IMG/VR virus record: IMGVR_UViG_3300033149_001989
Location: 32,001-96,000 of that record
Strand: one strand, 5' to 3'
From: a virus
Length of the DNA: 64,000 nucleotides
Part shown: positions 50,116-59,262 of the stretch, one piece after another
How the letters are laid out: each line of letters opens with the position of its first letter
Numbering within the stretch: position 1 is the first letter of the stretch
Position numbers and translations under genes: made by a program
Notes under the pieces: generated by a model
The model's input: the letters and a program-made list of their open reading frames with translations, nothing else
Database searches by the model: none
Told to the model about the DNA's origin: nothing

Positions 50116-50657
50116 AAGTAATAAAACCAAAAAAACCGAAACAATATAATTATGAACTTCGAAAAAAGCGGTGGCAACAAACAGTTAAAATACACGGTTT
50201 TCCAATTACTGCTAGAATAAAACCTACAGCACACAAACAGTATTGTTTTTTATGTCGTAAATTAATAGAAAAGGGTGAACCACAGATGTCGGTGGAGGCT
50301 GGTCTTTGGTACTCTTGGATAAAAAATGGTAAGTTAGAACATCACTTTGCTTACACTCCACTTTACGATTCCCCTGTGTTGGTAAAACCAAGAATTATAA
50401 ACTATGACGAAGTATCTGGTGTCTCAAAGAAAATATATGTTCAGAGAAAGATTTATTTACATACTGATTGTTACGCTTGCATTATGAACAGAATGTGGAT
50501 AAAGATGGGGCTTAATTATTTGGTTAATCAAACACTATGTGATTCTTGTAAAAATAGGTTTAACTGCTATACAGGTAATCTTAATGTAAACCTAACTGAT
50601 ATAACATATCGTAAACCAACCTATATACCGTCAAGACCATGTGAGGTCAAGATGTAA
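50097..50657 (+). CDS. Zn-finger protein carrying CxxCxxRFxC[ST] module
   Basis: CFLC..IEKGE...HTDC; CDSCKNRFNCYT. Confidence 0.7.
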   Translation: MVQLGMKVIKPKKPKQYNYELRKKRWQQTVKIHGFPITARIKPTAHKQYCFLCRKLIEKGEPQMSVEAGLWYSWIKNGKLEHHFAYTPLYDSPVLVKPRIINYDEVSGVSKKIYVQRKIYLHTDCYACIMNRMWIKMGLNYLVNQTLCDSCKNRFNCYTGNLNVNLTDITYRKPTYIPSRPCEVKM

Positions 50658-50774
50658 GGTGACGGAGTTATAAACATTTCCAATCTTGGGCAATTAGTAA
50701 TAAATGGTTTAAGATTAGGAAATACGAAAGTGGAACGCAACATGGTGGAGGAGCTTATGATAGCTGACAGGATA

Positions 50775-51016
50775 GCAGAAACCTGCGAAGGTCATAAGTG
50801 AGCCTGGTGGGAAGTAAGCCGTAATGCAATAGGACTTTATGTAGGCTCAGGCAAAGGGACTGGGGTGAGCACAAGATAGAGCTGGTGCGGTTTAAATGGG
50901 ACAGAGACCTAACCATTGGTTAGAGTAGCCGAGTAGGAATACAGAAGCCAGCCCTAGTCCTCAAGGAAAATGGGCTTGGTGGGGTAGTAAGGTTAAAAAC
51001 TTAGCCCCATCAAGCC
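50775..51016 (+). ncRNA. Candidate structured non-coding RNA (unassigned)
   Basis: GC-rich intergenic stretch with stems TGAGCCT/AGGCTCA, GGGACTGGGG/CCCTAGTCCT, GGCTTGGTGGGG/CCCCATCAAGCC. Confidence 0.45.
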
Positions 51017-51035
51017 ACAGTAGAGGGGGTAACTA

Positions 51036-51350
51036 ATGGACAAGTTGAGAGAGGAGATAGCAGAATACCTGTATGACTGTGATAATGGCATATTCCCAGA
51101 CAGAACAGTCCTAATTGAATGGCGACTAGCTAGTGAGGGCAATAAAGCAGAGTATTATCGTAGGGCTAACCAAATCATGGCTCTAATCAAGCAGGCAGGC
51201 TACGTCAAGCTAGCAGAAGACCAGAGCTTGCCCCAAGTCCCAGAAGCACCGATATATTTTAGTCAAGAAGGAGCTGTTGGTTGGAGCAACGGATACCAGA
51301 TTGCACAAGAGGGCATGCTCAAGGTTGGTTTTAGGAGGATAAAGTTATGA
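51036..51350 (+). CDS. Hypothetical protein
   Basis: SD GAGGGGG; LREEIA...GYVKLAEDQSLP. Confidence 0.6.
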   Translation: MDKLREEIAEYLYDCDNGIFPDRTVLIEWRLASEGNKAEYYRRANQIMALIKQAGYVKLAEDQSLPQVPEAPIYFSQEGAVGWSNGYQIAQEGMLKVGFRRIKL

Positions 51351-51778
51351 AGAAACATGAATATACAGAACAGGAGGGGCATCACATCATAGAGGGTGAT
51401 AGATTTACAGAAGTTGTATACGTTGAGTGCAAATATAATACCATGCATTCTGTCTATCATCGAGAAGACGCATCCAACCAGTAATGTCATTAGAAATCAT
51501 TCCGCATTCCATGGCTAGAAATTGCTATGACTTTCTAAAGTTCCTTGAGTCTGAAAGGTGAAGATGATGGTTGACCCCAAGTATATCTTCTTAGTTTACC
51601 CCCGCTATCTTGTAATACTGGAGAAACTCCTTAGATGGATAAAGGACTTGGTATTACGGTAAACTCTGCAAGGAGATAGTAAATATGATTTACATGGAGG
51701 TGCTTAATGGCTCACGCAGAATTATGTCCTGTTTGTAATGGAAAAGGGACAGTCGCTTAATACTAGGAGATAAATAGC

Positions 51779-52345
51779 GTGGTTAAGAAATATCAAATAA
51801 TATATGCTGACCCACCTTGGTATTTTCCTGCAAACTACGGAAAGGTTGGAAAATCTAGGCTAAGTGGATTTGGTGCTAAATTGCGATATAATCTTATGAC
51901 CGATAAAGAATTACTTGAGCTACCTATAAAAGATTATATTGACGATAATTGTGCTTTGTTTTTATGGGTAGTCAACTCACGGCTAGATTTTGGTATTGAG
52001 GTATTAAAACATTGGGGATTGTCATATAAAACAGTTGCTTTTAATTGGGTTAAGACTGCAAAGAATAGCGGTATTCCCAATTGTCGCCTGGGTTATTGGA
52101 CACTGGGTGGTTCCGAGTTGTGTTTATTAGGGATTAAAGGCAAAATGAAGCCAGTTAAACATAATATTAGGCAAGTTGTGTTACACCATCGTATAGGGCA
52201 CTCAGTTAAACCACCTATATTTAGAGAAAAGATAGTTGAGTTATTTGGAGACAGACCTAGACTAGAGCTATTTGCCCGTCAGAAAGTGGAAGGCTGGGAC
52301 TGTTGGGGCAATGAGGTAGAAAGTGATATTGACCTCAAGTGGTAG
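51779..52345 (+). CDS. MT-A70 family adenine methyltransferase (second copy)
   Basis: IYADPPW, LFLWV, WVK, HSVKP, RLELFARQKVEGWDCWGNE. Confidence 0.9.
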   Translation: MVKKYQIIYADPPWYFPANYGKVGKSRLSGFGAKLRYNLMTDKELLELPIKDYIDDNCALFLWVVNSRLDFGIEVLKHWGLSYKTVAFNWVKTAKNSGIPNCRLGYWTLGGSELCLLGIKGKMKPVKHNIRQVVLHHRIGHSVKPPIFREKIVELFGDRPRLELFARQKVEGWDCWGNEVESDIDLKW

Positions 52346-52371
52346 TATAGTTAAAGTAGGGGGGTTTAAGT

Positions 52372-53499
52372 ATGAATGATAATAATTTAGCCAAAAAACT
52401 ATTTGGTAAAGATTACCAAGAATTCACTGAGCAAGACCCATTTAATCCGATGAACAGCCTATCAGGATTCATATCTCGCAAATCCAATGAATACTATGGT
52501 GCACTACTAATTACTAAAATCAACGGTAAAACTACAGAACAGCTTATTATGGGTACACCCAAAATGCACTACCCATTTACCACAAGACAAGATGGTTCAC
52601 GCAAATATGAGTTTCCTATAGCTAAGAACGTAGAGGTTTATGAGAAATTAGATGGTACTAATATTCTTACCTACACCTATAAACATAATGGCAAAGATTA
52701 TATCACATTTAAGACACGTCTCCGCCCCTTCGTAGCATCAGGGCGATTTGGTAATTTCTATGAGATGTGGCAAGAGGTTGGTATACCTCATATTGACCAA
52801 ATTAAAACCTTAATGGAAACCCACAAATGCAATCTTTCATTTGAGATTTATGGGGCTAGAAATCCTCACTTGATAATGTATCCTAATTCTCTAGATATAG
52901 CCCTACTCTTTGGAGTAACGAATACTGGGAGGATAATTAGTCCATCACAGTTTACAACCAGTTTACCCACCCCTCCGTTACTTGTTACCATTACTGCTGA
53001 ATATCAAACCCATTATGAAAATATACAAAAACAATTACAGGATGGGCTAAAACAAGAGGACGAGGGTTACTATTCAGGGCAAGAAGGTACCGTATGGTAT
53101 CTAACTACCATTGATGGAAGATGTGTTCAACTAAAATGTAAACCTGAAACAATAGAAGCTATCCACTTCTCGGCAGGGTGCGGTATTAATAAGAATGTGC
53201 TTCTTGCTACTTGTTGGAATGCCTTTGAGAATGTTGACAAATTGACGGTGGACTTTATCAAACAACTTTTGCTTGAGGAGTTTCCGCAACACGTTGTAGA
53301 AGCTAACCATGCTCTCATTCAGAAGTCCATCGCATTCGTTGAGGCTGAAGCAGAGTTTCGCCAAAAAGTAATTGAGAAATATAGAGTGTTTGGTAAAAAC
53401 ATCTTGTTGGATAAGGTAAAGGTTATGCGTCATATGTCGCAACTCTTTAACAAGAAAGATATGAGAAAGGTTCATAGCATAATAACCAACTTAGTATAG
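52372..53499 (+). CDS. RNA ligase-like nucleotidyltransferase
   Basis: PKMHY, YEKLDGTNI, FEIYG, QEGTV, LKCK. Confidence 0.7.
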   Translation: MNDNNLAKKLFGKDYQEFTEQDPFNPMNSLSGFISRKSNEYYGALLITKINGKTTEQLIMGTPKMHYPFTTRQDGSRKYEFPIAKNVEVYEKLDGTNILTYTYKHNGKDYITFKTRLRPFVASGRFGNFYEMWQEVGIPHIDQIKTLMETHKCNLSFEIYGARNPHLIMYPNSLDIALLFGVTNTGRIISPSQFTTSLPTPPLLVTITAEYQTHYENIQKQLQDGLKQEDEGYYSGQEGTVWYLTTIDGRCVQLKCKPETIEAIHFSAGCGINKNVLLATCWNAFENVDKLTVDFIKQLLLEEFPQHVVEANHALIQKSIAFVEAEAEFRQKVIEKYRVFGKNILLDKVKVMRHMSQLFNKKDMRKVHSIITNLV

Positions 53500-53542
53500 A
53501 TATTGGGTATATCACTTTAGAAAGGTGGAAGTATGAAAATAA

Positions 53543-54937
53543 ATGTCGTTAAAGATTCAAGAGTGGAATAAAAAATACTTACTAAAGGAGCTAACTAGAA
53601 AGTTCAATGAGAAAGGCTTTAACCTGTACTTAGTAGGTGGTTTTGTTAGAGACACTATTATGGGTAGAGAAACACACGATATAGATATGACTACAGATGC
53701 TCTCCCCCAAGATACTAAAGAAATTCTTGAAGAGCTTGGTAGTATTTATACAGTAGGTAAAGAGTTTGGAACTATTGGATTAAACTTGGATGGACAAACA
53801 ATAGAAGTAACTACTTTTAGAAAAGAGGTCTATCCTACAGAAAGTAGAAAACCTATTGTTGAGTGGGGGACTTCTTTGGTTGATGACTTAGCAAGACGTG
53901 ACTTTACTATTAACAGTATAGCCAGAAACGAACTCACGGGCGAAATAATTGACCCTTTTGGTGGAATAGAGGATATAAGGAAGAAAGTTGTTAGAGTGGT
54001 CGGTAGCAACGATAGATTTAACGAAGACCCGTTAAGGATGCTTCGTGCAATTCGTCTTGCCTGTGAACTTAATTTCAAACTACACATCAATATTTCTCAC
54101 CCAGAAAGAATCAAGATAGTATCAAAAGAGAGAGTTCGTGATGAGCTAGTTAAGATACTACTTTCAAGAAAACCAACATTTGGTATTAGAAAGTTGTGCA
54201 AGATTGGTTTGATGCAATATATTATACCAGAATTTGTGGAACTAAAGAATGTGGCACAAGGTAAAAATCATATTAAAGATGCCTTCGAGCACTCCTTGCT
54301 GGTTCTTTACAAGGGTTCTCACATAGACCATAACGAGAGAAATCTTGCATTTCGTCTTGCCTGCTTACTACATGATATTGGTAAATCAGATACTAAGATA
54401 ATTGATGATGATGGTGTACACTTTTATGGTCACCACTCAGTTGGTGCCAGAAAAGTAAGAAAAATACTATGCAGGTTGCATTTCGACAGTAATATTGTTG
54501 AAGACGTTGCTATGCTAGTAAAGTATCATATGACACCAATTATGCTTCAAAGAGAAATAGTCAAGGGCAAGATAAAGAAGAGAATAATTATGAGGCTTGT
54601 CCGTAGGGTCGGGGTAAGTAATATTTATCTCCTGCTTGACCTTGTAAAATGCGATATACGCTCTTCGAAGAATCCAAGATATAAATTTGTGACTATCCTT
54701 ACTAGGTTGGTAAACGAATGTATGGCAGAGAAACCAGAAACTCTAGTCTCTCCAATAGATGGTCACGAGATTATGAAAGAATTTAATCTTAAACCAGGTG
54801 TATTCATAGGTGAAGTTAAGAACTATCTCACTAATTTAGTAATAGATGGTAAGTTAAAGAAGGGGGATAGAGAAGGTGCCTATGCCGAGGCTAGGAGATA
54901 CATCTACAACAAAAGACGAAAAGTTGGAGTTGCTTAA
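53543..54937 (+). CDS. cca: CCA tRNA nucleotidyltransferase with HD domain
   Basis: LVGGFVRD, DIDMTT, EVTTFR, DLARRDFTINSIA, EDPLRMLRA, LLHDIGK, FYGH. Confidence 0.9.
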   Translation: MSLKIQEWNKKYLLKELTRKFNEKGFNLYLVGGFVRDTIMGRETHDIDMTTDALPQDTKEILEELGSIYTVGKEFGTIGLNLDGQTIEVTTFRKEVYPTESRKPIVEWGTSLVDDLARRDFTINSIARNELTGEIIDPFGGIEDIRKKVVRVVGSNDRFNEDPLRMLRAIRLACELNFKLHINISHPERIKIVSKERVRDELVKILLSRKPTFGIRKLCKIGLMQYIIPEFVELKNVAQGKNHIKDAFEHSLLVLYKGSHIDHNERNLAFRLACLLHDIGKSDTKIIDDDGVHFYGHHSVGARKVRKILCRLHFDSNIVEDVAMLVKYHMTPIMLQREIVKGKIKKRIIMRLVRRVGVSNIYLLLDLVKCDIRSSKNPRYKFVTILTRLVNECMAEKPETLVSPIDGHEIMKEFNLKPGVFIGEVKNYLTNLVIDGKLKKGDREGAYAEARRYIYNKRRKVGVA

Positions 54938-55162
54938 AGCCAACTTTGAAATACTCGTCAAAGCAATCTTAGACAGTGGTCTTGATTTATTAAATGCAGT
55001 ACGTTGTGCCAAATCTGCTAAAGAATTAAACGAGTCTGTTGACAAGTTTAAGGAGATGTTACGTGAGCAGGAAAAGAGATTTAGTACCCGCTAAAAAGAA
55101 ACCAAAACCTATAAAAATAGGAAAACCAAAACCAGTTTCAAAGGAGGAGAGGAAAGAACCTG

Positions 55163-55585
55163 GTGCAGATATTTGATTGTAATAACTGCCAGTATAGATT
55201 TAAATGTTTTACTAGCAAATATAGACCAAAAGTTGTAACACTAAATTGGAAAATATCTTTTAGGTGTGCAGATTGTAAACACGCTTATTTTAATGGTATA
55301 GTTACTGGTAGTTATAGTTGGGACGCTGGTCATGTTGGGTTGTGCCGATTAAGAAATATGATAGTTCACAAGAATTCTTGTGCTTGTGACATCTTCTACA
55401 CAGACAGTAAAGATATTTCACGTCACACTGCTGGCAGGGAAAGGTCAATAAAGCAAGCACAAAAGGAGCTTAAGTCAGTATTAAATAGAAAGCACACCAG
55501 AACTAAATTACCAAAATATTGTCTAAATACTGAGGGAATTCCAAGGTCTCTACTAGAATATTTAAGTAGTGATGATGATTTGTGA
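55163..55585 (+). CDS. Cys-rich protein with N-terminal module (paralog A)
   Basis: CNNCQYRFKCFT...RCADC...GLC.L.N..VH..S...LPKYC. Confidence 0.7.
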   Translation: MQIFDCNNCQYRFKCFTSKYRPKVVTLNWKISFRCADCKHAYFNGIVTGSYSWDAGHVGLCRLRNMIVHKNSCACDIFYTDSKDISRHTAGRERSIKQAQKELKSVLNRKHTRTKLPKYCLNTEGIPRSLLEYLSSDDDL

Positions 55586-55937
55586 TAATTGTAAGTATCG
55601 TTATAAATGTTATACTGTACCTGATAAGAGTAGACCGCAGATAGTAAACGGTGTAAGATGGCAACCAGCACTTAGGTGTGGTATGTGCAGTTACGGTGAA
55701 TTTAAAAAGAAGAAAAAGAGAGGGGCATGGGGTTGGTTTACAGTTCTTGACCCAGTTGGTAAGTGTACACTCCACAACTATGTAGTACATCAATATTCTG
55801 CTAGTTGTAATGACTTTGTTGGAAAAACATCAATAAGACAGGACAAGGTTAAAAAAGGTTTAATGCAAGCTCTTAAAAAACGAAAAAATAGATTCAGATT
55901 ACCTACTTATTGTGTGGACGACAATGAACATAAATAA
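55569..55937 (+). CDS. Cys-rich protein with N-terminal module (paralog B)
   Basis: CDNCKYRYKCYT...RCGMC...GKC.L.N..VH..S...LPTYC. Confidence 0.7.
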   Translation: MMMICDNCKYRYKCYTVPDKSRPQIVNGVRWQPALRCGMCSYGEFKKKKKRGAWGWFTVLDPVGKCTLHNYVVHQYSASCNDFVGKTSIRQDKVKKGLMQALKKRKNRFRLPTYCVDDNEHK

Positions 55938-56452
55938 AATAATAAGAGAACATTGTTATTTGCAAGGGGAATTTCACTTATCCAGCGGTGGTTGGGACAC
56001 AAATTATATTGATTTGTGGCAAATTTTAACAAGAAAATTTTATGTTAAGCAAATAGCAGAACTCATTATCAAAAAACCTGTATGCTCCCATACGATACAG
56101 TGGGTGGTTGCGAATTAGCTGCTATGCCGATAGCAGATGCTATTATGTTTTCGAGTACCACAGTCAATCGGACACTCTTAGTGAGAAAGAAAATGAAGGG
56201 GCACGGAACAAACAGAATGATTGAGGAGAAATTATCCCAAAATCGTGCGTCCTTGTGGTTGAAGATGTAGCCAGCACAGGACAAAGTGCGGCACACGCAA
56301 TTCAGGTTTTTCGAGATAGTGGTTTGTCTGTGATTGGTGCAATTACTATTGTTGATAGAGAAGAAGGTGCTAGAGAGTTTCTTTTAAACAGGTTTGGGAT
56401 TGAACTTATGTCATTAACAACATTAAAGGCAATAAAGAATGTAAATAAATAA
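55924..56452 (+). pseudogene. pyrE: Orotate phosphoribosyltransferase split over three frames
   Basis: GEFHLSSG..TNYID / VGGCELAAMPIA...VRKKMKGHG / VEDVASTGQS...IVDREEGA. Confidence 0.8.
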
Positions 56453-56472
56453 ATAACATTTAGGCAAAATAA

Positions 56473-56500
56473 AAACCCAGAGAAATCTGGGTTTCTTTTT
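56473..56500. terminator. Bidirectional intrinsic terminator at the strand convergence
   Basis: AAACCCAGA-GAAA-TCTGGGTTT flanked by A and T tracts. Confidence 0.8.
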
Positions 56501-56508
56501 ATGCCATT

Positions 56509-56898
56509 TTATAAAGCAGAACTTAGTATTAAAATTACTTCTTCCTTTTCAACATCATTAAGAGGACGACATTCAATTCCTCTACAATGGGATATTACAT
56601 CTTCTTCTGGTTGCAATTCATAATGTCCCGTTACAACACCATCACAATAAAACCTAAGATGTATTTGATAATCAGCATCCAATACCTTTCTTGTAGTAAA
56701 TACTTGTTTGCGATAGGTTGTAGACATATAGTTATATTGATGACAATTTCTAGCCAACGTATCGTATAGAGGTTTAATATCAACGGGTATTGGTATATGA
56801 CAAATATAAAAATCCTCCCTTCTCTCTTGGAGCCCACAAAAAAATATTCTAAACTGTCTTGTAAATCTAACAAGATTATATAAATAATTCATAGCCAC
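56509..56898 (-). CDS. Hypothetical protein
   Basis: QIHLRFY...VTGHYE..PE...H. Confidence 0.6.
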   Translation of the reverse strand: MAMNYLYNLVRFTRQFRIFFCGLQERREDFYICHIPIPVDIKPLYDTLARNCHQYNYMSTTYRKQVFTTRKVLDADYQIHLRFYCDGVVTGHYELQPEEDVISHCRGIECRPLNDVEKEEVILILSSAL

Positions 56899-56980
56899 TA
56901 TTCAATCACCCGAACCCCAGTCTATTATAATTTCTACTACAAATTAAGACCCTTTTTGCAGTATCTAATTAAAAAGAATT

Positions 56981-57351
56981 GCAAGCAAGCCCGTAAGCGG
57001 GATTCTGTTTTATGTGAACATTTATCTTGGTTCAATGTTACCATTAAACTCTTTGCCACCCACCCGAAAGCTAGCCGAGCACATCATTGCTTTCTGCTTG
57101 GTGTTGCACCAGATGGAGTTTACCTCTCCTACTTACCTTAAACAAGTCTTGTTAGAACTATTTTTGGTCGTAAGTTTTTATAGTCCCACACACGTCACCC
57201 TGCCCAGTTATCCGTTTACACATAAACTTCGTGGTAGAGATAAGTAGGAGTTTAGCACTTGTCGTCAGGTTACCCTGCCAGGGTGTTACCCTGCATCCTG
57301 CTCGGTGGTGTCCCGACTTTCCTCCCCGTAGGGCGTCCACTCAGCTTGCTC
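56981..57351 (-). ncRNA. rnpB: RNase P RNA (catalytic domain conserved, specificity domain atypical)
   Basis: P1 GAGCAAGC/GCTTGCTT; CR-I GAGGAAAGTCGGG; GGTAAACTCC...GTGCAA; CR-IV AGATAAAT; CR-V ACAGAATCCCGCTTA. Confidence 0.88.
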
Positions 57352-57582
57352 ACAATCTCTTTTGTATACTGTCCTCCCGTAATTTATCCGATTCCAGATT
57401 CTTTCAAATCCAAAATGTAACCCGAAACAAATACCCTCAACAACAAGGGCTAACCCCAAAGCAATTTTAAGGTCAGGAATAAAGAAGGAAAATATAAGAG
57501 TATCTATTGCTATTTCAATTGCTCTAAACGAAATCGCTTTTGCTAGTGACCGCTTCTTTGTTTCGTGTACTTTTAATTCCAA
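57286..57582 (-). CDS. DUF2061-like small membrane protein
   Basis: ETKKRSLAKAISFR...ERIWNRINYG; ORF reads into the 5' end of rnpB. Confidence 0.6.
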   Translation of the reverse strand: MELKVHETKKRSLAKAISFRAIEIAIDTLIFSFFIPDLKIALGLALVVEGICFGLHFGFERIWNRINYGRTVYKRDCEQAEWTPYGEESRDTTEQDAG

Positions 57583-57594
57583 TTATTTTCCTTT

Positions 57595-57682
57595 TGGCGG
57601 AGGGGGAGGGATTCGAACCCTCGGTGGTTTGACCCACGTCAGTTTTCAAGACTGCTCCTTTAATCCGCTCAGGCACCCCTCC
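57595..57682 (-). tRNA. tRNA-Ser(TGA)
   Basis: Cloverleaf, long variable arm, loop CT-TGA-AA, encoded CCA. Confidence 0.92.
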
Positions 57683-57761
57683 TATAGTAATATCCCAACC
57701 TGTACTCTTTGTCATAACTTTTATTGGACAACTCTCCGATATTTACCTATCCTATTTTTTA

Positions 57762-58445
57762 TCACAGTAAACTTCTTATAACTTTTTTAGTATCTGTAAC
57801 ACTATCTACCTTAATACACTTTACTCCAACTTCTTTAACCGCAAAATCATTACCGATAAATAAAATTTCCTTCTTTTTGAAGCCCTGCTCCATAATTTTT
57901 GAAATAGCGAATGCTTTATTAATACCCTTCTTAGTAATATCTATTGAAGTTGTTCCACCTATTTTTATCTCTAGACCAACAAGTAAAGCCTCAAGTCTCG
58001 CACACATTATTTTACGTTTTGAGGCATCCGCATCCCATTTACTTTTTAATTCAAGTGGTGCATTCCGACCTAACGCTGAGAACGTTATTTGTGTTCCTCT
58101 ATCCTCTATAATATCCCCGTAAGAATTCCCCCAAGAAATATCAATACCAACTGAGGCTGTTTCTAACGCTCTATAGATTTTATTCTTAACATTTTCGTTT
58201 AGGTTATCTTCATAAATACATTTGTAATGCCCATCGTACATCTTAGAACCGTTTGTGGGAAATAGCATCAATTTATCGTGTTCAATAGTTAACTGAGAAA
58301 TAAATTGTTTTATATCACCACCAGAAATAACTGCCACAAAATACTTATCAAGTAATTTATATAACAGTTCTTTCATTTCACTATCAACCAAACATTTACT
58401 TTCGGTTAATGTACCATCAAGGTCAAAAACAATTACTTTCTTCAT
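57762..58445 (-). CDS. HAD-IIB hydrolase (phosphomannomutase-like)
   Basis: FDLDGTL, ISGG, EDRGTQITFSALG, IGGTTSIDIT..GINKA, FIGND. Confidence 0.85.
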   Translation of the reverse strand: MKKVIVFDLDGTLTESKCLVDSEMKELLYKLLDKYFVAVISGGDIKQFISQLTIEHDKLMLFPTNGSKMYDGHYKCIYEDNLNENVKNKIYRALETASVGIDISWGNSYGDIIEDRGTQITFSALGRNAPLELKSKWDADASKRKIMCARLEALLVGLEIKIGGTTSIDITKKGINKAFAISKIMEQGFKKKEILFIGNDFAVKEVGVKCIKVDSVTDTKKVIRSLL

Positions 58446-58446
58446 G

Positions 58447-58519
58447 CTGCCGAGGGTGGACTCGAACCACCAATTACAGGTTCAAAGCCTGCTGTCCTTA
58501 CCAATTAGACTACTCGGCA
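58447..58519 (-). tRNA. tRNA-Gln(TTG)
   Basis: Cloverleaf, loop CT-TTG-AA, no encoded CCA. Confidence 0.9.
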
Positions 58520-58791
58520 TTTGTTAAGCACATAAATTTATGTTCGCAATACTTACATTTTTGTACTAGTTGTTTTGTTCTTACTTTATTTTCCCAACAT
58601 TCCCAACAAGGACGTAATTGCCTTGAATAGTTTGCATTGTGATATTTATTTGGACATAAATGGTGAACCTCATTACTAAATCCATATTTTACATCCCACT
58701 TAAAGAATTCTCTGCAAGTTAAACAGAATCCATACTTAGGATTAAAATCTTTCCATCGAGGCTGTTTCCAATTTGTTATTAAGTCATCCAT
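58510..58791 (-). CDS. Cys-rich protein carrying the module (C-terminal)
   Basis: ATG 58791 right after tRNA-Thr; CKYCEHKFMCLT. Confidence 0.65.
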   Translation of the reverse strand: MDDLITNWKQPRWKDFNPKYGFCLTCREFFKWDVKYGFSNEVHHLCPNKYHNANYSRQLRPCWECWENKVRTKQLVQKCKYCEHKFMCLTNAE

Positions 58792-58793
58792 TG

Positions 58794-58875
58794 AGCCGCC
58801 AGCAGGACTCGAACCCGCAATGAGTTTCCTCAGCATTTTACAAGAATGCTGCACTACCAATTGTGCGATGGCGGC
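58794..58875 (-). tRNA. tRNA-Thr(TGT) with long variable arm
   Basis: GCCGCCA/TGGCGGC-T; loop CT-TGT-AA; extra hairpin TGAG-GAAA-CTCA. Confidence 0.85.
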
Positions 58876-58984
58876 TAATAACTTTTACCTCGACGTATCT
58901 TTGACACCGATAGTTTTTCCGCCTTCTCTATTTTTGGATTTATATGATACACAATCAAATGGTTCAAGCAATATCATTTCATTT

Positions 58985-59060
58985 TGGTGGGGGTAGGGGG
59001 ATTCGAACCCCCACTGACAGATTGAAGGTCTGTCATCCTAGCCTTTTAGATTATACCCCC
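58985..59060 (-). tRNA. tRNA-Glu(TTC), C at position 33
   Basis: ACAGA-CC-TTC-AA-TCTGT; encoded CCA. Confidence 0.8.
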
Positions 59061-59262
59061 ATTTTTCTCAAACCATTTTTTAAGTTCTTTGACATTACCT
59101 GCTAAACTATTTAGATACTTTACTACATTACCAAGTTCAGTAATTGCTTCATTCAAATGTTTTTCACAGTCCTTTGTTCTCTCTTTCCCCAACTCCAAAT
59201 TCATTTGTTCTAACGTAATATCATCAAATTCACCCATTTCAACCTCAACGCAAGTTACTATC

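Noticed and set aside
56956-57715. Short ORFs 56956, 57014, 57158, 57231 and 57524
   Set aside because: They overlap the RNase P RNA or tRNA-Ser and show no protein features.
58985-59060. Reading the loop as a TCA (Sec/opal suppressor) anticodon, implying recoding
   Set aside because: Stem pairing centres TTC, there is no long Sec arm, and genes end normally at TGA, TAA and TAG.
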